DNA of 31,677 bases from Sphingobacteriales bacterium (GTDB lineage: Bacteria > Bacteroidota > Bacteroidia > Sphingobacteriales > Sphingobacteriaceae). Position numbers and translations under genes: made by a program. Positions 1-8,119 of this stretch are shown piece by piece (positions within the stretch are counted from its first letter, which is position 1; each line of letters starts with the position of its first letter). The DNA is taken from positions 1-31,677 of the forward strand of contig JBILIO010000001.1 of NCBI GenBank assembly GCA_044349915.1. The letters are read 5' to 3'. The notes under the pieces are model-generated. The model was not told where the DNA came from and ran no database searches. It saw only the letters and a list, made by a program, of their open reading frames with translations.

Positions 1-200
<200 letters not shown>

Positions 201-388
201 TTAAATAATTCTTTGTTCTTGAAATGGCATCCTGTTTTTTAACTATTCAAACAACAATTAAACTAGCTAATTGTTGGTATCTGTGAAGTTTAAAGTTTAA
301 AAATACTAATCTCTTTTATAATACCTGAATTTATTCAAGAATATGGAGATAATTCAGGAGCTTTGAAATGGTTAATAAAAACATCAAA

Positions 389-778
389 ATGAATATTGTA
401 CTATTTGACGGGCTTTGTAATATGTGCAACAAAACGGTTTTATTTTTAATCAAATTTGATAAAAAAAATAATTTACATTTTGCGGCACAACAAACTAATG
501 CGGGTGCAAAAATAATGAATCAATACTTGGTCAATCAAGATGCTCGATCTGTGATTTTTATTAAAGAAAATTTAGTTTATTATCAATCAGATGCAATTAT
601 AGAAATTGCCAAACTATTATCAGGATGGCCTAGGATAGCTATATTAGCTATAGTTTTTCCAAAATTTTTGAGAAATTGGGCCTATGATTTGGTAGCCAAT
701 AACAGGTATAAAATTTTTGGGAAGCAAATGAATTGTTCCATTCCATCTAAAGCAAATGAACATAAATTTATCAAATAA
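389..778 (+). CDS. DCC1-like thiol-disulfide oxidoreductase (DUF393/YuxK family)
   Basis: N-terminal IVLFDGLCNMC (DxxCxxC), SDA motif, RNWAYDLVANNRYKIFGK and a distal Cys. ORF track starts at 368; ATG 389 fits family length better. Confidence 0.85.
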   Translation: MNIVLFDGLCNMCNKTVLFLIKFDKKNNLHFAAQQTNAGAKIMNQYLVNQDARSVIFIKENLVYYQSDAIIEIAKLLSGWPRIAILAIVFPKFLRNWAYDLVANNRYKIFGKQMNCSIPSKANEHKFIK

Positions 779-782
779 TTTC

Positions 783-1232
783 TTATCGTTTATGCAATGG
801 CAAATCAATTAACCCCGATATTTTTTCTGCTAGCTTTTCGCCCTCTTTACTAAATGCCCATAAAAATAATGCCTTTATGGAATGAGCTTTCTTGATGCCC
901 TCAATAGCTTCAATGCATAACTCCTGGGCAATACCTTTCCCTCGAAATTCTTCTAATAATAAAGCCGAGCATAGGTAAATGGCTTCATATTTAGTATTTA
1001 ATGGTGTTAATTCGTATAATTCCTTTTCTGATATTTTTTGATTGATAAATTGCGTCATTAAATCTAGCGTGGTGGGAATGCATAAAATCCAACAAACTGG
1101 ACCATTTCCGTCATCATATTCAGATATGGAGTTGGGATGAATGAGCTGTAGGTGCTCCATCACATTTTCGTCTACATTCAATTGGTTGGGATCATTGCGT
1201 CTGGAAAATATTGCATCCGACAATTGAATCAT
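783..1232 (-). CDS. Hypothetical protein with GNAT-like acetyl-CoA-binding motif
   Basis: 149-aa ORF; YLCSALLLEEFRGKGIA resembles GNAT motif A (R-G-x-G-x-A after a beta strand), followed by LFLWAFSKEG. The true start may be 1255 (see findings). Confidence 0.6.
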   Translation of the reverse strand: MIQLSDAIFSRRNDPNQLNVDENVMEHLQLIHPNSISEYDDGNGPVCWILCIPTTLDLMTQFINQKISEKELYELTPLNTKYEAIYLCSALLLEEFRGKGIAQELCIEAIEGIKKAHSIKALFLWAFSKEGEKLAEKISGLIDLPLHKR

Positions 1233-1259
1233 TCTTTCAATTTACTAAGGCCCATATTT

Positions 1260-1267
1260 CAAAATTA
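1260..1267 (-). promoter_or_regulatory. Bacteroidota -7 promoter box (TAATTTTG)
   Basis: Exact TAnnTTTG match on the minus strand, 4 nt before ATG at 1255. Confidence 0.5.
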
Positions 1268-1345
1268 GTATTATAATTTATTTAGCGGTTTAAACAGCCT
1301 AAGCGGCAAGATTAAACATCCCTCCAACCTACCCTAAAAACAACA

Positions 1346-1373
1346 AAGGACCCACGATTTAACGTAAGTCCTT
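1346..1373 (-). terminator. Intrinsic terminator downstream of tRNA-Met
   Basis: Minus strand AAGGACTTACG-TTAAAT-CGTGGGTCCTT (two U.G pairs) followed by TGTTGTTTTT. Confidence 0.7.
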
Positions 1374-1383
1374 GATTTTCATG

Positions 1384-1457
1384 TAGCGGGAACGAGAGTT
1401 GAACTCGTGACCTCAGGGTTATGAATCCTGCGCTCTAACCAACTGAGCTACCCCGCC
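1384..1457 (-). tRNA. tRNA with CAT anticodon, most likely elongator tRNA-Met; CCA not encoded
   Basis: Cloverleaf read by hand: GGCGGGG acceptor, GCTC/GAGC D stem, CAGGA-TTCATAA-CCCTG anticodon arm, ACGAG-TTCAACT-CTCGT T arm, discriminator A. It lacks the C1 mismatch and the three G-C anticodon-stem pairs of fMet. Ile2 is not strictly excluded. Confidence 0.92.
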
Positions 1458-1486
1458 TTTTCTTATCTTATTTAGATAATGGTTTG

Positions 1487-1494
1487 CAAATATA
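1487..1494 (-). promoter_or_regulatory. -7 promoter box for tRNA-Met (TATATTTG)
   Basis: Exact TAnnTTTG followed by C, about 30 nt upstream of the tRNA 5' end. Confidence 0.65.
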
Positions 1495-1555
1495 GAAGAT
1501 TTTGTTTTCCTTTAAAAAAAATGACAAAATAAAAGCAGTATTTCTGTTAAAACGA

Positions 1556-1948
1556 ATGAAGAAGAAAGAAATCTTAAAGCAAAAAATCACGATGGAGTTT
1601 AGCATGCGCTCTTCTCCTAAAACATTATTCAGTTATTTAAGCTCTCCAAATGGTCTAGCAGACTGGTTTGCAGACGATGTTATATTCAAAGACGGTTATT
1701 ATTTATTCGTTTGGGATAACGAATCGATGCGTGCCAAAATGGTGGCTAACCGAGAAAACAAATTAGTTAGATTTAAATGGGATGATGGCGACCCCAATTC
1801 TTTTTTAGAATTTGAAATAGTACAAGATGAATTAACTGGCGATGTGGCACTTTGTGTAATCGATTTTGCTTACGAATCCGAAATTGCCGATAAAAAAATG
1901 ATTTGGGGTAATCAAATCCAAGACCTTACGCATGCTTTAGGTGCTTAA
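1556..1948 (+). CDS. START-like (SRPBCC/START_2) domain protein
   Basis: SSPKTLFSYLSSPNGLADWFADDV, FVWD, VRFKW and FEIVQDELTGDVAL match the Bacteroidota START-like family. Track start 1502 (TTG) overlaps the promoter region; ATG 1556 preferred. Confidence 0.8.
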   Translation: MKKKEILKQKITMEFSMRSSPKTLFSYLSSPNGLADWFADDVIFKDGYYLFVWDNESMRAKMVANRENKLVRFKWDDGDPNSFLEFEIVQDELTGDVALCVIDFAYESEIADKKMIWGNQIQDLTHALGA

Positions 1949-1951
1949 CAA

Positions 1952-3391
1952 ATGAATTTGCCAATAAAAAAAGTTCATAAGCTCATTATTGGTTCTTTCA
2001 TAGGCCCATTTGTTTTAACTTTCTTCATTGCATTATTTATTCTTTTAATGCAATTCTTATTTAAATATATCGAAGACCTTGTAGGTAAGGGTTTAGAGTG
2101 GTATGTGGTTTTAGAACTCATTGTTTATGCTTCTTCTACGCTGGTGCCAATGGCGCTGCCTTTAGCCATCTTACTTTCCTCCATCATGACTTTCGGTAAC
2201 CTCGGTGAACATTACGAATTGGTAGCCTTAAAATCTGCTGGAATTTCTTTAAGAAAAATAATGATGCCTTTGGTGTATTGTGTATTGCTCATCAGTATTG
2301 GGGCATTTTATTTTTCAAATGTAGCCATGCCTTACGCTAATTTAAAAATGGGCGCGCTCATGTGGGATGTAAAAAATCAAAAGCCAACATTGGCCTTAAA
2401 AGAGGGTGTATTCTTTAATGGAATGGATGGTTTTAGTATAAGGGTGGGTAAAAAAGAAAAGGATGGACAAACTTTAAAAGACATTGTGATTTACAATCAT
2501 TCCAATCAAAGTGGGAATAAAAATGTCATGATGGCCGATAGTGGACGCATGTTAAAATCCGAGAACGATCGTTTTCTAATCATCGAACTTTTTAATGGTA
2601 TTAGTTATGAAGAATCGGGCACACCCAATACCATCAACGATCGCAAGCAGCTCTTACGCGTAAAATTTAAACAGCACGAAGTTAAATTTGACTTATCTAC
2701 TTTTCAAATGAATCGTACCGATGAGAATTTATTTAAAGATCATTATACGATGCTGAATATTAATCAGCTAAAATATTACGAAGATTCGCTCACGAAGAAA
2801 AAAGCGAGTGAGACTTCTTATTACAATCAAAATTACAGGGCCTATACATTTATGGATAAAAAATTTGCAGTCGATTCCAGCGCGAATGCAAGTATTAAAT
2901 TAATTCATCCAGATATTCTTGCAAACTTTCCAAAGGCTTCGCAGCCGGGCATTTTAGCCAGTGCCTATGCCACAATTCGAAATGTTAAAAGTTATTCAGA
3001 AAGCACTGCTGTAGATCAAGAAAAGTTAGCCGAAAAAATTCGTCGACACGAAATCGAATACTATCGAAAGTTTACCCTTTCTATAGCTTGCTTGATTTTA
3101 TTTTTTATTGGTGCGCCATTGGGTGCTATTATTAGAAAAGGTGGTTTAGGAATGCCAGTCATTATTTCTATTTTCTTTTTTATCTTCTTTCATATTTTAT
3201 CTATCACCGGCGAAAAGTTTGCTAGAAAAGGGGTTTTAGATGTTTGGATTGGTATGTGGATGGCTTCTCTTGTGTTATTACCTATTGCCATTGTGCTTAC
3301 TAGAATGGCAACTACAGATTCAGCCGTATTCAATTTAGAGTCTTATACCAACTTTTTTCGTAAGTTGACTAAGCGAATAGGTGCTAAATAG
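1952..3391 (+). CDS. lptF: LptF/LptG family permease (YjgP/YjgQ)
   Basis: Three N-terminal and three C-terminal TM segments flanking a periplasmic domain; motifs LGEHYELVALKSAGISL and IGAPLGAIIRKGG. Confidence 0.88.
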   Translation: MNLPIKKVHKLIIGSFIGPFVLTFFIALFILLMQFLFKYIEDLVGKGLEWYVVLELIVYASSTLVPMALPLAILLSSIMTFGNLGEHYELVALKSAGISLRKIMMPLVYCVLLISIGAFYFSNVAMPYANLKMGALMWDVKNQKPTLALKEGVFFNGMDGFSIRVGKKEKDGQTLKDIVIYNHSNQSGNKNVMMADSGRMLKSENDRFLIIELFNGISYEESGTPNTINDRKQLLRVKFKQHEVKFDLSTFQMNRTDENLFKDHYTMLNINQLKYYEDSLTKKKASETSYYNQNYRAYTFMDKKFAVDSSANASIKLIHPDILANFPKASQPGILASAYATIRNVKSYSESTAVDQEKLAEKIRRHEIEYYRKFTLSIACLILFFIGAPLGAIIRKGGLGMPVIISIFFFIFFHILSITGEKFARKGVLDVWIGMWMASLVLLPIAIVLTRMATTDSAVFNLESYTNFFRKLTKRIGAK

Positions 3392-3457
3392 CCCTTCATT
3401 CAAACAAATTTGAAATAAAATCGTATTTTTAGCGTTAGATTCTAGGATTTTTATAAC

Positions 3458-4543
3458 ATGAATAGCATAGCCGGTTTAGCTGTAAATACAGATTGTTTAT
3501 TTTTTAAAGGAGATTTGCCTTGCGGCCCGCATAAAAAATCGGGCTATCATTGTGCCGATTGCCCTGCTTACGAAAAAATAAGCAAACGCATATTGATCAT
3601 TAAGCTGGGTGCCATTGGTGACGTCATTAGAACCACGCCACTCATTCGTAAAATCAGAGCCGTTCATCCCAATGCAAAAATAACTTGGCTGACTCATACG
3701 CCTGCTATATTACCCAATCAAGCAATAGAAGAAATTTTAAAGTATGATTTTGCAAATGTTTTATACGTTCAGCAAGTAAAATTCGATATTGTTTACAATC
3801 TAGATAAAGACAAAGACGCTTGTGCTTTAGTTAACACAATAACCGCCACCGACCGCTTTGGTTATCATTTAAAAGATGGGGTACCTTACCCTTTGAACAA
3901 ATTAGCCGAACACAAATTTAGTACTGGTTTATTCGATGATATTAGTAAGCAGAATCAAAAATCTTATGTGCAAGAAATTTTTGAGTTGGCTGGATGGGAT
4001 TTCAATGGAGAAGAATATCTTTTTGATAACCACCAAGACAAAGGCTTTGTGTGGGAATTGCCTTCGGATAAAAAATTAATTGGCTTAAACACCGGTTGTG
4101 GCGATCGTTGGACTACTAGACTTTGGCCAGAATCGCATTGGATACAATTGATTCAATTAATCCAACAAGCAGGGTATGAGCCAGTATTATTAGGCGGTGA
4201 ACAGGAACACGAAAAAAATACCAAGCTTGCAAAGGCAACAGGAGCAAGCTATTTGGGATTTCATTCTTTGCCAAAATTCATCAACTTAATGTATCAAATG
4301 GATTTAATTGTTACGCAAGTTACCATGGCTATGCACATTGCAGTTGCTTTGCAAAAGCAAATGGTATTGATGAATAATATTTTCAATCCATACGAATTTG
4401 AATTGTATCAACGCGGTCAAATTGTGAGCCCATCTAAAGCATGTGAATGTTATTTTCAAGGTGCTTGCAAAAATGGAGAGTCTTGCATGAAAGATTTATC
4501 AGTAGCATCGGTACTGGATGCAATCAAAGCGAGTATCAAATAA
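3458..4543 (+). CDS. Glycosyltransferase family 9 (heptosyltransferase-like) with Cys-rich termini
   Basis: RILIIKLGAIGDVIRTTP, ITWLT, GLNTGCG...RLWP, VLLGG.E, and TQVTMAMHIAVAL at the usual D-S/T-G-x-M-H-x-A position. Confidence 0.85.
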   Translation: MNSIAGLAVNTDCLFFKGDLPCGPHKKSGYHCADCPAYEKISKRILIIKLGAIGDVIRTTPLIRKIRAVHPNAKITWLTHTPAILPNQAIEEILKYDFANVLYVQQVKFDIVYNLDKDKDACALVNTITATDRFGYHLKDGVPYPLNKLAEHKFSTGLFDDISKQNQKSYVQEIFELAGWDFNGEEYLFDNHQDKGFVWELPSDKKLIGLNTGCGDRWTTRLWPESHWIQLIQLIQQAGYEPVLLGGEQEHEKNTKLAKATGASYLGFHSLPKFINLMYQMDLIVTQVTMAMHIAVALQKQMVLMNNIFNPYEFELYQRGQIVSPSKACECYFQGACKNGESCMKDLSVASVLDAIKASIK

Positions 4544-4544
4544 A

Positions 4545-5735
4545 TTGAGAGTTTTACAGTTAACATATCGGGTCCCATTTCCACCAACAGATGGGGGCGC
4601 AATGGGCATCTATGCCATTACAAAAGGTTTAAAAGAGAACGGCGCAATAATAGATTTATTAGCTATCAATACGCCAAAACACGCGCAACCAAAAGGCGCC
4701 ATGGCCGAATATGCCAATCAAATAGATGTTTTTGTAGACACCCGAATTTCGCCGGTTAAATTATTAATCAATTTAATTTTCAAAACAATTCCATATAATG
4801 TCGAGCGCTTTTATGATAAAAAAGTTTCCCAAAAACTAATCGAATTATTGCAAGCAAACAGCTATGATTTTATTCAGGTGGAAGGCGCATTTGTCGCAAA
4901 ATATATTGAAGTTATTCAACAGCATTCGAATAGGCCAATTATTATTCGGGCGCATAATATTGAATATATTATTTGGGAGCGATTGGCTGTTAACACAAAA
5001 AACCCATTGAAAAAATGGTTTTATAATCATTTAAGCAAAAGGCTGAAAGCTTTTGAAAACAAGTATTACAACATGGCTAGCGGCATTGCAGCAATTACCG
5101 AAGAAGATAAGCAGCGCTTGCTAGACATGGGCATTACGAAGCCTATTAAGGTTATTCCTGCTGGGGTAATTTTAGATAAATATTTACAAGCAGATTTATT
5201 TACAGAAAAGCCAAATACCATTTTTAGTATCAGCGCATTAGATTGGGCGCCGAATATAGAAGGGTTGAAATGGTTTTTGGAAAATGTGTGGAATGAATTA
5301 TTACAAAAGCATCCCGAAATAGCATTACACATTGCCGGAAAATCAACACCAGATTGGGTTTTAAAGCTTCAGCTTAAAAATGTTTTTATTCATGGTTTTG
5401 TTGAAGATGCCATTGCTTTTAAAAAGTCGCACCAAATTATGTTGGTGCCGCTGCTTTCTGGCGGAGGAATGCGTGTAAAAATTATTGAAGGAATGGCAGC
5501 AAAAAAGTGTATTATTAGTTCTACGATTGGTGCAGAAGGAATTGCCTATACCCCTAATAAAAATATAGTGATTGCCGATACGCCTGTCGAGTGGATTGCT
5601 GCAATTACCAATTGTTTGCAAAACAACGAATTTCGTGAAAGTATTGCTGCTGCTGCATTTGAATTGGTGGGTAGCCAATACGAAAACAAAGCCATCACGC
5701 AAAAATATATTGATTTTTATTTAACCATTAAATAA
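4545..5735 (+). CDS. Glycosyltransferase family 4 (GT-B)
   Basis: PFPPTDGG N-terminal motif, HNIEY, GGGMRVKIIEGMA and ISSTIGAEGI. TTG 4545 directly follows the GT9 stop; track start 4518 overlaps GT9. Confidence 0.88.
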   Translation: MRVLQLTYRVPFPPTDGGAMGIYAITKGLKENGAIIDLLAINTPKHAQPKGAMAEYANQIDVFVDTRISPVKLLINLIFKTIPYNVERFYDKKVSQKLIELLQANSYDFIQVEGAFVAKYIEVIQQHSNRPIIIRAHNIEYIIWERLAVNTKNPLKKWFYNHLSKRLKAFENKYYNMASGIAAITEEDKQRLLDMGITKPIKVIPAGVILDKYLQADLFTEKPNTIFSISALDWAPNIEGLKWFLENVWNELLQKHPEIALHIAGKSTPDWVLKLQLKNVFIHGFVEDAIAFKKSHQIMLVPLLSGGGMRVKIIEGMAAKKCIISSTIGAEGIAYTPNKNIVIADTPVEWIAAITNCLQNNEFRESIAAAAFELVGSQYENKAITQKYIDFYLTIK

Positions 5736-6908
5736 TTGGGAATCTACATTTTTTTATTTTGCTTATGTATTGCCTTGTTGTTTCACAGCTATGTGTTATT
5801 TCCATTGCTATTATCGTGGTTTGCTAAAAATAAAAAACAAAACGAAATTACTTATGCGCTAAATGACCTCGAACTTCCTACGGTGGCTATTCTTATTGCT
5901 GCCTACAACGAGCAGACTGTAATTGAAGAAAAAATAAAATCCATTTTTTTGACCGATTATCCCATTGAAAAAATACAAGTTTTTATTGGAACAGATGCCT
6001 GTACAGACCAAACAAATAGTATTGTTCAGCGTTATGTAGATACGCATGCAATTAATTTAGTTGAATTTAAAATTAGAACAGGTAAAACGGCTATCATTAA
6101 TCATTTAGCAACTTTGGCTAAAACCGATGTGTTTATTTTAACCGATGCGAATGTGTTTTTTTTAAAACAAACTATTTTTGAAATGCTCAAACATTATAAA
6201 AATAAGGAGATCGCTTTGGTGGCTGGAAATATTCTTAATCCGGTTGTGAAAATGGATGGTATTGCACATCAAGAAAAATCTTATTTAACCAGAGAGAATA
6301 AAATTAAATACCAAGAGGGAATTTGCTGGGGCACTATGATAGGCGCATTCGGCGGTTGCTACTCTTTAAGAGCAGCAAACTATTCTATTGTACCGAAATA
6401 TTTTATTGTAGACGATTTTTACCTTTCTATGAATGTACTCAAGCAAGGTAAAAAGGCAATCGTAGCTTTAGAAGCAGTTTGTACCGAAGATGTATCCAAT
6501 AAAGTTTTAGAAGAGTTTAGGCGAAAAGTGAGAATTTCAACGGGTAATTTTCAGAATTTGTTTCACTTTGCAAGCCTACTAAAAAATCCTTTTAACAGTG
6601 TAGGATTTTGTTTCTGGTCGCATAAAGTAATTCGCTGGATGGGTCCATTTTTGCTCATTTTGGCTTTTAATACTAGCTACCTATTGAGCCTAAGCCATGC
6701 TGCTATTCTTCCAATAGTTTATTTGCAATTGGGCTTATTCCTCAGTCCAATTATCGATTGGGTATTTAAAAAAATTGGCATACATCTAAAATTGCTTAGA
6801 TTTGTATCACATTTTTATTTAATGAATTTGGCATTACTAAAAGGCTTTATAATATTCAAAAAAGGAATAAAATCAAGTATTTGGGAGCCTACTAAAAGAA
6901 ATCAATAA
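5736..6908 (+). CDS. Membrane glycosyltransferase family 2 (CESA/PgaC-like)
   Basis: N-terminal TM, IAAYNE, GKT, TDAN (DxD-like), [19 protein letters not shown] and C-terminal TMs. TTG start abuts the GT4 stop. Confidence 0.85.
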   Translation: MGIYIFLFCLCIALLFHSYVLFPLLLSWFAKNKKQNEITYALNDLELPTVAILIAAYNEQTVIEEKIKSIFLTDYPIEKIQVFIGTDACTDQTNSIVQRYVDTHAINLVEFKIRTGKTAIINHLATLAKTDVFILTDANVFFLKQTIFEMLKHYKNKEIALVAGNILNPVVKMDGIAHQEKSYLTRENKIKYQEGICWGTMIGAFGGCYSLRAANYSIVPKYFIVDDFYLSMNVLKQGKKAIVALEAVCTEDVSNKVLEEFRRKVRISTGNFQNLFHFASLLKNPFNSVGFCFWSHKVIRWMGPFLLILAFNTSYLLSLSHAAILPIVYLQLGLFLSPIIDWVFKKIGIHLKLLRFVSHFYLMNLALLKGFIIFKKGIKSSIWEPTKRNQ

Positions 6909-6909
6909 T

Positions 6910-8118
6910 ATGAAATTCCATACCATAGAAGAAGCAATTCTTGAAATACAAGCAGGCAAATGTATCATCGTAGTAGACGACGAAGACCGTGAAAACGAAG
7001 GCGATTTTTTAACGGCTGCACGCAACGCAAGTCCAGAGATGATTAATTTTATGGCAACGCATGGCAAGGGTTTAATTTGCATGCCCATGACCGAAAGTCG
7101 TTGTAAAGAAATGAAACTCGATTTAATGGTTGGTAACAATACTGCATCTCACGAGACTAATTTTACGGTATCGATTGATTTGTTGGGTAATGGTTGCACC
7201 ACGGGTATTTCTGCTTCGGATCGTTCTAAAACCGTGCTCGCTTTAATTAATCCGGCTAGTAAGCCCGATGATTTTGGCAGACCGGGTCATATATTTCCAT
7301 TAATGGCTAAAGATGGCGGCGTAATTAGAAGAGCTGGCCATACCGAAGCGGCAGTTGATATCTCTCGTTTGGCGGGTTTCGAAGAAGCTGGATTAATTGT
7401 AGAAATTATCAGAGAAGATGGAGAAATGGCAAGACTCCCTGATTTAGAAATCATTGCTAAAAAATTCGATTTAAAAATTATTTGTATCAAAGATTTAATC
7501 GAATATCGTTTAAAGCATGAATCTTTAATTAAAAGAGAAGTGACGATTAATTTGCCAACCGAATTTGGAGATTTTGAAATGGTGGCCTTTACGCAAATAA
7601 ATACCGGTGAAAATCATTTAGCACTGATCAAAGGCAATTGGGAAAAGGATGAGCCCGTGTTGGTGCGCGTGCATTCATCTTGCGTAACAGGTGATATATT
7701 TGGTTCTTGCAGATGTGATTGCGGATCACAATTACACAAAGCTATGCAAATGATTGCCAAGGCAGGCAAGGGTTGTATTCTATATATGAATCAAGAGGGC
7801 CGAGGCATTGGCTTGATTAATAAATTAAAAGCATACAATTTACAAGATCAAGGATACGATACAGTAGATGCAAATATTCAATTAGGTTTTAAAATGGACC
7901 AACGCGATTATGGAGTAGGGGCGCAAATTTTACGTGATTTAGGAATTGCTAAAATGAAACTTATTTCAAATAATCCTACCAAGCGTGCAGCAATTGTTGG
8001 ATATGGTTTAGAAATTGTAGAAAATATTCCAATTGAAATTGAAAGCAATTTGCATAACGAAGTTTATTTAAAAACAAAGCGCGATAAAATGGGACATACC
8101 ATTTTAAAAGACAAATAA
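6910..8118 (+). CDS. ribBA: Bifunctional 3,4-dihydroxy-2-butanone-4-phosphate synthase / GTP cyclohydrolase II
   Basis: [25 protein letters not shown]; [27 protein letters not shown] and ISNNP. Confidence 0.97.
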   Translation: MKFHTIEEAILEIQAGKCIIVVDDEDRENEGDFLTAARNASPEMINFMATHGKGLICMPMTESRCKEMKLDLMVGNNTASHETNFTVSIDLLGNGCTTGISASDRSKTVLALINPASKPDDFGRPGHIFPLMAKDGGVIRRAGHTEAAVDISRLAGFEEAGLIVEIIREDGEMARLPDLEIIAKKFDLKIICIKDLIEYRLKHESLIKREVTINLPTEFGDFEMVAFTQINTGENHLALIKGNWEKDEPVLVRVHSSCVTGDIFGSCRCDCGSQLHKAMQMIAKAGKGCILYMNQEGRGIGLINKLKAYNLQDQGYDTVDANIQLGFKMDQRDYGVGAQILRDLGIAKMKLISNNPTKRAAIVGYGLEIVENIPIEIESNLHNEVYLKTKRDKMGHTILKDK

Positions 8119-8119
8119 A

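Noticed and set aside
6860-6910. FMN riboswitch before ribBA
   Set aside because: Only 1 nt separates the GT2 stop from the ribBA start, and no RFN consensus motifs are visible.
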